From Nitrosopumilus sp. (GTDB taxonomy: Archaea > Thermoproteota > Nitrososphaeria > Nitrososphaerales > Nitrosopumilaceae): a stretch of DNA of 64,000 nucleotides. The stretch is taken from positions 1,856,001-1,920,000 of the forward strand of contig OZ245003.1 of assembly GCA_965223425.1 (NCBI GenBank). Direction: 5' to 3'. The notes below the pieces were generated by a model that was not told the DNA's origin, made no database searches, and saw nothing but the letters and a program-made list of their open reading frames with translations. Numbering within the stretch: the stretch's first letter is position 1; each line of letters opens with the position of its first letter. Position numbers and translations under genes: made by a program. Shown here one piece after another: positions 51,880-62,429 of this stretch.

Positions 51880-52159
51880 AGGATGAGTTGGCAGAACAAC
51901 ATACCAAGAATCATCTTAAATTGGAAACTCTCATCAACCCCAGCTCAGAACATATTGATTGCCTGAGAGCGCATAATCCCCCTGCCAGAGTCCTTTGTTG
52001 AGCAGTTCAGCTGCCACATCAGGAGTTACACAGGTTGTACTGCTGTGATCATACTTGACCAGAAAGACTGGGGCATCAGGAGGGCATGCGTATTCCTCAT
52101 ATTTTCTGACTATTTTTTCATGTACTGACTCATTGACTGGGCCGCCAAGTTCCAATAGT
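51880..52159 (-). pseudogene. 3' remnant of a paralog of the secreted protein at 20264-21367
   Basis: near-identical to ~20220-20500; cut by the IS5/ISL2 element. Confidence 0.85.
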
Positions 52160-53705
52160 AGACTTTATGCATAATTGACCCGTCAAATTTTTTCTGCAGC
52201 ATACACTACCAAGACACACAAAGCCAGTCCAGGAAATTATTTAATTTTGATGCAAAAGATCATTGTAAATTCGCAGAAATTAGAAATCCGTGCGCACTCT
52301 TGCAGTGCCTCATGCACCCTGTGCTGTGCCGTCAATAACCAAGTGACGGCCGCTTTTTCTTTGCATCCCACAGCAGTTGAAAGTTCGCAAGGCCGGTACA
52401 CACAGCCAGCTCCTCGCGAAACTCCTCTACCGTGCCGTCATACGGGTCTGTCATCCTCGCCCACTGCTTTATTCTTCCGATGGCGTGCCCCGCCTTTACC
52501 CTCTTGGCGCTGATCCTTTTGTTCGAGTCCTTTTGCTGCTGCGTCAGCTCCGTCCGCGGCCTCTTTTTTTCCGGCATCTCAAGTGCCATTCCCGTGTAGT
52601 GATTGGCATCCCTGGTATCCCTTGTCTGCAAGCACCCGTATCCTGTCCTTTTCCGGAGTGTCTTTTTTGTACATGGATTTAGACCACCTGCCAAAGTCTA
52701 TCGGATCCTCTCTTATCATGGTAAGGTCGTGCGTCCCGCCCTCAAAGGACCTGCCTGCTGCAAGTATCAGGCCCTGCCCTGTTTGTTGTTATGGTGGTGT
52801 TAATCGTAAAGCGCTTCTTTTTGCCAGAGTACGTGTTTTTTCTTTTATCCCTGTCCTGCGGACGCTGCCTTGGCACCACCTCGGTGCCGTCAATTATGAT
52901 GGTTCTGTCCGGCATTAGCTGCTCTAGCTGCCCTGATGTCTCGGCCTTTTTTACCAGACGGGTCATCCTGTCTGCAGTAGGCAGGATCCCTGCCAGCACG
53001 GAATCTGCGAACTTGAGGTACCTGCACACGGTGGACTGGTCAACATCAAACAGTGCCCCAGAGCGTCCTGCGTCACGTTTGAGCGCTTGCGGAACAGCGC
53101 AAGCAGCAGGACGGACCTGCGGCCAGGCAGGCAGCGGTTTCCGGGATCCGGTGTTTCGTCCTCTGAAAAGAGCGGCGCGTCTTTGCTGTGCCTCTTTGAC
53201 TCTGCCACAAAGTCATTGCAGGTGTAGTCAAACTGGTCAAGGTCATACGGTAATCCCTGCAAGCTTTGCGCTGTTGTGCAGTATGCCGTGGATCACCTCC
53301 CTGATGTGCAGCAGCGACGTGTCCGTATCAGAGCGGCCTGCATCTGTAACGGCCCACAGGCTGTCCTCGCGCAGCAGCAGCTGCTCGCGCAGCAGGCCAA
53401 TCGTCTTCTCGCGCCTGCTGATTGCTGCGTCCTTTTGCTTGATTGCTCTGTTGTTCTGCTTGATTGCTCTGTTGTTCTGCTTGATTGCTCTGTTGTTCTG
53501 CTTGATTGCTCTGTTGTTCTGCTTGATTGCTGTGTCCTTTTGCTTGATTGCTGTGTCCTTTTGCTTGATTGCTGTGTCCTTTTGTTTGAGCTCCCTTTGC
53601 AGCCTGCGTATAGTCTGTTCTGAAGATTCCATTACCTGTTGCGGCGATCAAAATGGATCTAAATCTTTCGGAAAAATTTTTATGATTCAATTATGCATAA
53701 AGTCT
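52160..53705 (-). mobile_element. IS5-family (ISL2/IS702-like, DDE_Tnp_4) element, frameshifted
   Basis: 19-bp IR AGACTTTATGCATAATTGA, AGT on both sides; IIDGTE..RP...YSGKKK and NKRISAKRV motifs. Confidence 0.88.
53420..53590. repeat. 21-bp tandem repeat encoding heptads KQKDTAI/KQNNRAI
   Basis: about eight units at the 5' end of the IS ORF; second copy at 63940-64000. Confidence 0.9.
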
Positions 53706-54383
53706 AGTATACCGCATAATGAAAAAGAACGGCATGGTGGCACCATCTGCTGCAAAGTCAAAGAAGCGCAAGTACGTCCGCTTTGAGCGAAAATACTCCA
53801 ATGCCATGTGGCATGTGGACTGGCATGCCATGAAGGATCCGCGCTTTAAGGGACTGCAGCTAGTCACGTATCTTGATGATGCCTCAAGATGCATTACTGG
53901 TGCTGCATTGTTTGGGCATGCCACCTCAGAGAATGCGGTAATGACACTCAGGCTTGCAATTAAGAGGTTTGGTGCGCCTGCATCCATACTGTCTGATAAC
54001 GGCTCGTGCTTTGTAGGACAGAACGGCAGGAAGAGGAGGAAGAAATCAAAAGAAGGCAGAGCGTGGAGACCAACCCCCTTTGAGGGAGAGCTTCTGCAAA
54101 AGGACATCATACTGATAACTCAAGGCCGTACCACTGCAGACCAACGGCAAGCTGGAGCGCCTTCACCGCAGTATCGAAGATGAGATATGGCACTATGAGA
54201 GCCTGAGAAAGTATGTCGGCCATTACAACGAGAAAAGGCTGCACTTTTCACTGGACATTGAGAACTGAGGTTCCATTGCAGGCATTTAGTAACAAAAAAG
54301 TACCAGAAGCGATCAGAAAAAGTGACCCAAAATGGATGAAGAGAGATGCAGATGACTAGCGGACCTACTTTCCGTATATTACA
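53706..54383 (+). mobile_element. IS481-family 3' remnant
   Basis: near-identical to 21384-22064; frameshifted; ends TATTACA. Confidence 0.9.
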
Positions 54384-54415
54384 ACTCTGGTTGACAGCGA
54401 TCAATTCATATATAT

Positions 54416-54466
54416 TATAAAAACAAAAATCAAGGAATTTTTTTATAAAAAAATAATTTTTATAAA
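54416..54466. repeat. left arm plus palindromic core flanking the ATPase gene (core includes likely TATA box)
   Basis: 26-bp arm inverted relative to 55781-55806; 25-bp core identical to 55756-55780. Confidence 0.85.
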
Positions 54467-54489
54467 CTAGGCGCAATCAAGTCCATAGG

Positions 54490-55734
54490 ATGGCCAACAT
54501 CTGGGCAGGCCTTGGGCTGACTGACAACCCATATGATCCAAGACCGCTTTCAATTGATACAGACGACAGGAAACTGTTTGTAGGCCGTGCAGAGACACTC
54601 GACGAATTCAATATCCTTCTAAGCAGCACGAGGGGCGGCATGATAATAGTCGAGGGCGGGGTGGGAGTAGGCAAGACAAGTTTTGTAAATATCGGCCTAT
54701 ATGACAAGTTCAAGTCAGAAAGATACCTTCCCTGCGACAAGATAGAGCTGGAAGGCAACATGGACATTATCCAGTTTGTTCTTTCAGTCTTTTCAAACAT
54801 GTTTCACAGCATTGAAAAATGTGACAGGACAGAAAGGCTGGGCAGGTTTGCCGTACATGAAAAAGCAAGGGCCCTGTTGAGCCAGACCATCCAGTCCAGC
54901 TGGGGCGGCGAGGTAAAGTTTCTCGGAACAGGCGGGGGAGTGAGCAGGCAAAAATCTGCAACATCTCCAGTTGCAGTCGTCCTATCTCCTATTGTTTCAG
55001 TCATGAATGAGTGGATAGACTTTGTCATAAACAAGCTAAACTACTCTGCCATCATAGTCCCGCTTGACAACTTGGATATTGTCGATGACATGGATATTGT
55101 GGGATTTTTAAACAAAACAAGGGACACCCTGATGGGGTTTGATGGAGTATGGTGGGTGCTTGTTGGCAAGCCAAACCTGTTCTCGCTGCTAGAAAGAAAG
55201 GCAAGCAGGGTAAGCGAGATGATAACCGGAAGTCCGGTAAAACTTGATCCGTTATCAAAAAAAGAAGTCCACGGGATGATAAAATTAAGAATCAAAAACC
55301 TTTCAACAGATAAGATCGAAGCACCGGTTCCAGAAAAAGTGATAGATATTCTGTATGATGTCTCAAAAGGTGAGGCAAGATACATCCTAAAGCGATGCGG
55401 CGATCTCATCCTAAAGTTCCATGCAAAATTTCCTTCAGAAAAGACTGTTCCAGAAGAGACGGCCGTCAAGATGCTGTCAGTCATGGCCAAGGAAAGAATT
55501 GACGCCGCCAGCCTCTCACCTTCAGACAGAAAGATTCTGGAGAAGATGGCCAAAAAAGAAAGGTTCCAAAACAAGGACTACAGGTACTTTGGCAAGCCTT
55601 CTGCCCAGAATTTTAACTATGTGATCAAAAAGCTGTTTTCACTGGGGTTGATAACCAGGGAGGAGTCGTCGGGCAGGGACGTATACTATCGCACAACCGG
55701 CGATGTCAACATGGTTTTTGGCGTGAAGTCCTAA
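54490..55734 (+). CDS. AAA+/STAND-like P-loop ATPase with C-terminal winged helix
   Basis: NPY, FVGR, GGVGVGKTS Walker A, IIVPLDNLD Walker B, GEAR lid motif, wHTH-like C-terminus. Confidence 0.88.
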   Translation: MANIWAGLGLTDNPYDPRPLSIDTDDRKLFVGRAETLDEFNILLSSTRGGMIIVEGGVGVGKTSFVNIGLYDKFKSERYLPCDKIELEGNMDIIQFVLSVFSNMFHSIEKCDRTERLGRFAVHEKARALLSQTIQSSWGGEVKFLGTGGGVSRQKSATSPVAVVLSPIVSVMNEWIDFVINKLNYSAIIVPLDNLDIVDDMDIVGFLNKTRDTLMGFDGVWWVLVGKPNLFSLLERKASRVSEMITGSPVKLDPLSKKEVHGMIKLRIKNLSTDKIEAPVPEKVIDILYDVSKGEARYILKRCGDLILKFHAKFPSEKTVPEETAVKMLSVMAKERIDAASLSPSDRKILEKMAKKERFQNKDYRYFGKPSAQNFNYVIKKLFSLGLITREESSGRDVYYRTTGDVNMVFGVKS

Positions 55735-55755
55735 AGCTGGTTTTCGGGTAAAATC

Positions 55756-55806
55756 TTTATAAAAAAATAATTTTTATAAAAAAAATCCTTGATTTTTGTT
55801 TTTATA
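55756..55806. repeat. core plus right arm flanking the ATPase gene
   Basis: TTTATAAAAAAATAATTTTTATAAA followed by AAAAATCCTTGATTTTTGTTTTTATA. Confidence 0.85.
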
Positions 55807-55964
55807 GCGTATGAACCCTAAATCGATTATGATTTGCATGGGGTTGCAGAAACTGAAAATCAGACACTTGGAGCAGCAGCGTCTCTTTTGGGCATTGCCG
55901 TAACCAGGCAATCCATCCTAACTCGTCCACTTTGCAGTTTCAAACTCGGCTTTGACCGTCACAT

Positions 55965-57314
55965 CAGTAGTTCCCAGATGTAGATTTGTGCCCAGATGTA
56001 GATTTATGCTCAGACACTGGTGCGTTATCGCATAATAACTGCAATGCAAAGATCCAGATTAGGTTACGGTGTGCAAGATGTCATGAGCCTTCAAACACAA
56101 GACGATCTGATCGCACACCAGTACAATATAACATCAAACCGGTTTAAAATCCTGCGCTCGTCGTTTCAAAAGCTTGGCATGCCAATGTCTGAGAGGCACA
56201 ACGCCGTATACGGATGCAACGACATACTGGACGTGCCAATCAGGGCGTCTGAGAGAAACACGTTTGTAGAATCCCTCGTACGGCGCAACAGGCTTCAAGA
56301 CACGGGTGCACGTACGCCTGATGCAGACCTGGTCATGTCTGCAGTCCGTGGCGTCGAACCGGCAGACGTGCAGGGCTGGTGTGCAAAGACGCTGGCACGC
56401 ACGGTACGGCACGCCTGCCGTGCAGGAATGCTGCAGGACATCGACGCCATTGCAATAGACGTTACGGACATACCATACATGGAGAACAGCTGCAGGAGCA
56501 TACAAGAAAGTCGCGTCCAAGGACAGGAACATCCACGTTTCTCTCGTATGTCGCAGTACACGGAGTCGGCAGGGACTCCTCGCAGATTGTCCTGGAATCG
56601 CAGCTGCTGCCGGCAAAGGAAAAACTGGCCGATTTTATAGCCAAAACACGCACGAAAATCCTCAGAGGGGGCGCATATTCAAAGAATGTGTTCCTGTACG
56701 ACCGCGCCTTTTACAGCGTTGACTGCATGACAGAGGCAGGAAAGGGCGGGTGCCGCTACATCATGCCTGTCATCATGAACTCCAAGATCAAGAAGATAGT
56801 CAAGCTGTATGAGGACGGAAAGGCAAACCAGGTATCGCAACAGTCAATGACCAACAAAGACGGCGCAACTGTGACCTACAACCTTGTAATTGTCAAAAGA
56901 GACAGGAAGAAGAAGAAGGAAGAGGAGCAATACATTGCATTTGCAACAAACATTCCCATCAGGAGCGCCAGAGCCATGACAGGCATCATACCGGAGCAGT
57001 ACCGCAAGAGATGGGGCATCGAGACGGGGTTTCGCGTCATAAAGGAGATCATGGGCAGGACATGCAGCAACTCCCTGGCTGTGAGGCTGCTGATGTTTTA
57101 CCTGCCGCTGCTGCTGTACAACCTGTGGAGGATTGCCAGGTTCTGCCTTGATGCAGGAAAGAGGCATGGAAGAGTGTCTTCTGCGGGAAAAAAACTCACC
57201 ATGGTGTTGTTTATTGTGCATATTACAAGCAGAAACGAGTTGTTTGTCAATGATCGAGGCAAGTAGAACCGATGCTAGTTGTGGTTGCGGTAAATCTACA
57301 TCTGGGAACTACTG
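55965..57314 (+). mobile_element. ISH3-family element, transposase frameshifted
   Basis: IRs, ACAT TSD; frameshift near 56478 joins ORFs 56020-56640 and 56379-57266. Confidence 0.93.
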
Positions 57315-57598
57315 ACATGCGCGCAGTTTGGGCAAGTATCAGCTCCATCCCCCCCCCCCCGGGGGGGTTGTTTTTGATCAAAAAAACTAATTTGTCTGTC
57401 AGGAATCTTAGTTCCTGTGTGTGCCAGATGGTAACTCTTCCAGTAACCATCTTTTCTTTTGTTCATTGAAGGGGCACACACACTCTTGATCCAAATGCGG
57501 CGCTGTCCAAAAGACGTAATTCGGCACTCAGGGAATTACGCAACAACTTTGTTTACTTTAGAAAATTTATAAAGTATATAGTACATATCGTGTTTAAC

Positions 57599-57742
57599 AT
57601 GGCCTTGAGAGAAGTAAAACCATTAAATGAAAGTCAATGGAAAACACTGGTTGACACTTTAAACAAAAAACCCACATTTCGACAAAAACAAATTGTAAAA
57701 AAAGCCGTAGAGAACGGAAAGAAACTTAAAGTAATCCGATAG
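57599..57742 (+). CDS. 47-aa putative antitoxin (not in ORF track)
   Basis: MALREVKPLNESQWKTLVDTLNKKPTFRQKQIVKKAVENGKKLKVIR; TTTATAAA box upstream; abuts the GNAT gene. Confidence 0.7.
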   Translation: MALREVKPLNESQWKTLVDTLNKKPTFRQKQIVKKAVENGKKLKVIR

Positions 57743-58273
57743 TTGTACAACATTTGGTTGCCTGCTTCTTCGATTAATTTCCAGAAAGATGTTCATATTC
57801 AAAGATTGGATAAGACCAGTTTTGATCTAGATCGTTTTAAATGCAGTAAGCGGCAATATGAAAATTATATAAAAAAAGAAGCTTTTGATGATCAATCCAA
57901 AGAAATTGGACAAACTTGGCTTTTTGTATACAAGAAAAAAGAAGTGATTGGTTACGTCACAATTGCAATGGCAGACCTGAATAAAAACGAGCACAAAAAA
58001 CTAGGATCTTTTCCATATTCCAACGTCCCAGGTTTATTGATAGGGCAGATTGCAACACACAAAGATTTTGAATGCCTAGGTATTGGAAAAATGATGATTG
58101 ATTGGGTGATTACAGAAGCGAAGAGTTATCAAATTAATATAGGCTGTCGAGTAGTCGTTCTTAATCCTGAAAGCGATGTGGTTAGGTGGTATAAGAAAAT
58201 TGGATTTGTACACATACAACACAGAAGAAAACAAGATGTGATGTTTATTGATTTGGATTGGTATTCTTATTAA
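57743..58273 (+). CDS. GNAT acetyltransferase of the AtaT/TacT toxin type
   Basis: FKC....ENYIK, IGYVTI, PY..VPGLLIGQIA, GIGK, GCRVV, WYKKIGF. Confidence 0.85.
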   Translation: MYNIWLPASSINFQKDVHIQRLDKTSFDLDRFKCSKRQYENYIKKEAFDDQSKEIGQTWLFVYKKKEVIGYVTIAMADLNKNEHKKLGSFPYSNVPGLLIGQIATHKDFECLGIGKMMIDWVITEAKSYQINIGCRVVVLNPESDVVRWYKKIGFVHIQHRRKQDVMFIDLDWYSY

Positions 58274-58378
58274 AAAAATTGATCTGGTGAATTTAGTTTC
58301 GGTATGTTAGTTGGCAACATATTTTTTCCAAGTTTTGAAAATTCATCGTTTACAGGACGGCCCCGACCAATCGATTCA

Positions 58379-58573
58379 TCATCTGAGAATGACGTTTTCT
58401 GTAAATGCACCGCTATTTCCAAAGTCATCATATGCTACAAACTCTACAAGTATGGCATCGCCGCTTGACGGTGGCTCATCAGGATCGACGGGTTTGAGAT
58501 ATGTTGTATGGGACAAGGAATCAGATTGCAGTACTCTCTGGTGGGTTTTTGCATAATTACAGCACGCGGCATG
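58379..58573 (-). pseudogene. C-terminal fragment of a beta-rich (possibly pilin-like) protein
   Basis: open frame ...SGDAILVEFVAYDDFGNSGAFTENVILR* cut by IS630. Confidence 0.35.
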
Positions 58574-58575
58574 TA

Positions 58576-59719
58576 CGTAGTGCCCATAATATATAATCGA
58601 TCTTGATCCTTTTGGGAATGTTTTTTGACCGAAGGATCTAGATCATGCGGATTCCCAGCCACTCTATGAAGAAACCTAGGAATTTGGAGAGGGGATCCGG
58701 CTTTCTGAAGGGCACAGGCACAGGTTATTGAGGGAGTGCCACAAGAGGGAGACTGACCCCAAGGCACGGGACAGGCTCCTTGTGTACATGATGCGGAAGG
58801 AGGGCATGAGCATACGCGGCATCGCCGCGCGGACAAACCGCAGCTACTCCACAGTACGGGACTGGCTGGTGCGGGCAAGGGACGGCGGCCTGCGCGGCCG
58901 CCGCGACCGCGGCAGGCCGGGATGCCCGTGCAGGCTCGACGAGTCCCAGAGGGCGGAGCTGCTCGCAGATCTTGTAGCGGGACCTGAGAACTGCGGGTTT
59001 GAGACCCGGCTGTGGACGGCGAGGATCGTCTGCGCGCACATCGAGAGGAAGTTCGGCGCGGCGTACTCGCTCAACGGGGTGCACAAGCTGCTCTCAAGGC
59101 TCGGCCTGTCGTGGCGCAAGCTGCGCCCCAGGAACCCGAAGGCGGCCTCGGAGCGCGAGATCAGCGAGTTTAAAAAAAAGCGCGGCGGATCGCCCTCAGG
59201 TACCGCAGGCTGGGCTATACCGTCCTGACTGCCGACGAATGCACCCTGACGATAGGGGACAGGAGGCCCCGATACGGGTGGCAGCTCCGCGGCACAAAGA
59301 GGACGGCGCCAGTCACGCTCTCCAGAAAGAAGAAGCACGTGTTCGGCGCGCTGGGCGACGGCGAGCTCTGCTTCAGATTCTGTGACGCGCAGAACAGCGA
59401 AGCGTTCCTCGCATTCCTGAGGCACCTGCACCGCAGGTTCGGGCCGGTGCTTGTGTTCGTGGACAACGCGTCGTGGCACAGGTCGGCTGCCGTGCGGGAC
59501 GGGCTCATGGAGTTCAACGGGGAGGTGAAGCTGAGGTACTATCTGCCGCACACGCCGGAGCTGAACTCGGAGGAGCCGCAGTGGAACGTGATGAGGGACG
59601 CGATCGGCAACAGGGTATACGACAACACGCGCGAGATGGTAAAGTCAATCCGCAAGATGATCAGGAAGAACGTGATATTTCCCGTCAAGCTGAGCGATTA
59701 TTTAGTATGTTGACTACGG
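58576..59719 (+). mobile_element. IS630-family element, two-ORF transposase with -1 slippery site
   Basis: imperfect IRs; TTTAAAAAAAAG at ~59169 joins HTH ORF to ADEC, VDNASWH, PELNSEEPQW. Confidence 0.9.
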
Positions 59720-60462
59720 TAGATATGTTGCAGAACAGATAAGGTACATCCGCTCGCTAAATGACCACTTTCCGGTGTTTATTCGCGACATGATAGAGAG
59801 TAGAAAGGTTGATGCAAACTTTATCGTATCCATAAAAAAACTCTCCTCCCAGAAGAACATGGGCGGGAAATACGGCGCATTTTCAGACGTGCTAAGGCAG
59901 ATTCGGATGCGGCTTGAATACAACACAAACAGAAGCCGTCTCATATACGATGATACGGTAAGATCGTGGCGGCTGCGGATGCTCATGTTTGTGTTTCAGA
60001 CGATATGCGATGCAGGAGGCGACTCGATTGATACGCTGGAGAAGATGCACTCCTTTTCGATGTCAGTTAATTCGATAAAAAACAAGCTGTCCGACTCCAT
60101 CATGCTGTCATCTCTGATGCTGTATGTCGCACCTACAATATTCTTTGTGGCACTTGTCGGCATGTCTGTTTTTATGGGCTCGTTTTCTGCCTCGATTCCA
60201 GAAACTGCCGCCGGACATACAGGGCGTGTCGATGATGGCAGGATTGTTTGCAAAGCCGGACTTTTCATACATGCTTGAGGCGATGCGTCCGGCATTTCTG
60301 ATAATGTCGATATGTTCGGGGATAGTGATATCGCGTGTGGCATACATGTCGTTTTTTGCAACCATGCCGATAGGAATCTGCTACATGGTGGCATTTGTTG
60401 TTTTGACTGGATGGCATTTCTTTTTTGATCTGATGTCAGGTTTGATAGGGTTGGTGATTTAG
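59720..60462 (+). pseudogene. type II secretion F / TadC-FlaJ-like membrane platform fragment
   Basis: HFPVFIRDMIE..., GGDSIDTLE followed by TM segments; 5'-truncated and frameshifted near 60215. Confidence 0.65.
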
Positions 60463-61045
60463 GTTTGGCAGACTGCAGATGCATGATTGTCCGGACTGTA
60501 GAACCGCATTTGGGCTTTTTATGGAATTGTTCCATGAGGAAGGGTGAACGGATTTTTCTCCACATTAATCCACCCCGAAGATACGGATCTGGAACCGTTA
60601 GAGTTTATGGTTCCCATCGCATGCATAACATGGATGTGTGCCGCATTCATACCGGCTATAATACCGATGCCTGAAGCGATCTTTTTGATAATTGCAATGG
60701 TCGGTTCCACTGTGATCAGCCTTGGCGCCTTTATGACAAAGTTCTCACAGAAATATCTAAAGAACATATCATTCCGTGGTCGGTATCCTCATCAAATATG
60801 CCTAATTCTGACTTTGAGGCCTCTGTTTCTATCTCATCAAGAAATTGACAGGATTTGATTCTGTAATGTGAGTTAATTTGTCTCTATTTTCAAGATGAAT
60901 GTTATGTTTGTCTGCATCTCGTAAAAGTTGTTTAATTGAACCATACAGATATTGTAATAATTCTTCATTCAATTTCCAGATTTTATGTGCTCTTTTGAGG
61001 TATAAACAACATTAAGCTAATTAATAAAAAAAGAAAAAAGGTATG

Positions 61046-61696
61046 TTAATTTTTTGTTTCAGACATTATGGATGAAATGTTTCTTCCTTCTGTGTACAGT
61101 TCGTTGTATGCTTTATCACCGTGAATCTTGTATTTGCCAAATTGCCCTAATTTGACGTATTTTACATTTTTACCAATGATTTCATTTGGATCTTCTGCAA
61201 TGTGTACAATTACTCTCTCACCGATTTCATATTGCTCTTCCCCACCATCGAGTTTGAGTTTATTATCTAATAGTTTTCCAGTAATTGTTACTGTTACAAT
61301 AGAACCTGCATCCAATTCAATTTTGGATTTACTAGTTTCATCAACTTCTATGTCAATTTCTATTTTTACATTCTCACCATTTCTTATGAAATATCCTTCT
61401 GATTTTGGTGTTGGTTCAGTCCAAGTAATTGGCTCAGAGATACTTACAACAGTACCTTTGATTGTATGATCAACTTGATCTTTTACCTTGCTGATATCAG
61501 TAGTAGCAAAACTTGCTGCACCTTGTGTAACTTCATCGACAGTGGTTAATGCATAACCAATGTTTGATGGAATATAGGTGTATGATTCAGCATCATGTTC
61601 ATGATAATTTATCATAGCTACTGATGCAGTAATGGTCAACACAATTATGAGAGCTGCAATTATTGGATATGTTTTTTGCAATTTAATACTCTCCAT
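61046..61696 (-). CDS. membrane-anchored/secreted hypothetical protein, partner of the metalloprotease
   Basis: N-terminal TM, beta-rich body; start overlaps the upstream gene. Confidence 0.8.
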   Translation of the reverse strand: MESIKLQKTYPIIAALIIVLTITASVAMINYHEHDAESYTYIPSNIGYALTTVDEVTQGAASFATTDISKVKDQVDHTIKGTVVSISEPITWTEPTPKSEGYFIRNGENVKIEIDIEVDETSKSKIELDAGSIVTVTITGKLLDNKLKLDGGEEQYEIGERVIVHIAEDPNEIIGKNVKYVKLGQFGKYKIHGDKAYNELYTEGRNISSIMSETKN

Positions 61697-62294
61697 TTAC
61701 TTGTGTTTCATCACCACTTTTGATTGAATTCCAATAAATACTACAAGAATCCTTCATCATTGTGTGTGAACTAAAAACAGATCCATGATGTTCCATTCCT
61801 GCAAGGTGTCCAAATTCATGATTTGCTACTCTGCTCATTTCTGGTGTGCTTCCACAACTATTGTCACCATTTTGCTGCCAATTGATACCAGAATTATTAT
61901 TGTATTCCATATCTTTATACTCATTACCTAACGTGGTATTTACTTGTAAATCGGTTTTAGCTAATTTTCCAATATCACTTTCATAATAGGGAGATACTTC
62001 CGATTCATAAGTTCCACAACTTGTATCATGGCTGATGTTTAGATCTGTATTATTATCCATTTCATCTTCACCATATTGTATTTGACCAGCGACAGTGTTT
62101 CCTTGGTTAGTACTACCTTCATATTTTATACTGTCTAACGATGAAATGTTGTAACAAATATTCTGTGAAGATGAACTAAACCAATAATTAGAGGTATAGT
62201 CGTGTGCCAATGCTCCAGGAATTATGGAGAATCCCATAATCATTGTTGCAGATAGCAAGAATGTTGTTATTGTTTTGTTTGTTATGTTTTTCAT
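61683..62294 (-). CDS. secreted metzincin (matrixin-like) zinc metalloprotease
   Basis: signal peptide, HEFGHLAGMEH zinc motif, TMM Met-turn. Confidence 0.88.
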   Translation of the reverse strand: MKNITNKTITTFLLSATMIMGFSIIPGALAHDYTSNYWFSSSSQNICYNISSLDSIKYEGSTNQGNTVAGQIQYGEDEMDNNTDLNISHDTSCGTYESEVSPYYESDIGKLAKTDLQVNTTLGNEYKDMEYNNNSGINWQQNGDNSCGSTPEMSRVANHEFGHLAGMEHHGSVFSSHTMMKDSCSIYWNSIKSGDETQVNGEY

Positions 62295-62330
62295 GTTCTT
62301 ATCAAATCTGATAATATCTTACTATATAAT

Positions 62331-62429
62331 AGACCTTATGCGTAATCGATCAAACTAATATTGCTAGATGATTTTTACCTTAGTAAACCAATTTGATTTT
62401 GAATTCTTAGTCGATTACGCATAAGGTCT
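62331..62429. mobile_element. 99-bp IS5/ISL2-type MITE
   Basis: perfect 19-bp TIR AGACCTTATGCGTAATCGA, 3-bp TSD AAT; resembles the IR of 52160-53705. Confidence 0.88.

Noticed and set aside
52791-53786. Cys/Leu-rich 331-aa repeat ORF (FCLIALL)n and similar frames
   Set aside because: Antisense to the IS heptad repeat and crosses an IS boundary.
54490-55734. Orc1/Cdc6 with a chromosomal replication origin
   Set aside because: Domain order is similar, but I see no ORB boxes or typical Cdc6 motifs, and the gene lies among IS relics; left as a generic AAA+ ATPase.
57347-57367. C13-G7 homopolymer hairpin as a phase-variation switch
   Set aside because: It lies in an IS-disrupted region with no recognisable intact gene, so no function can be supported.
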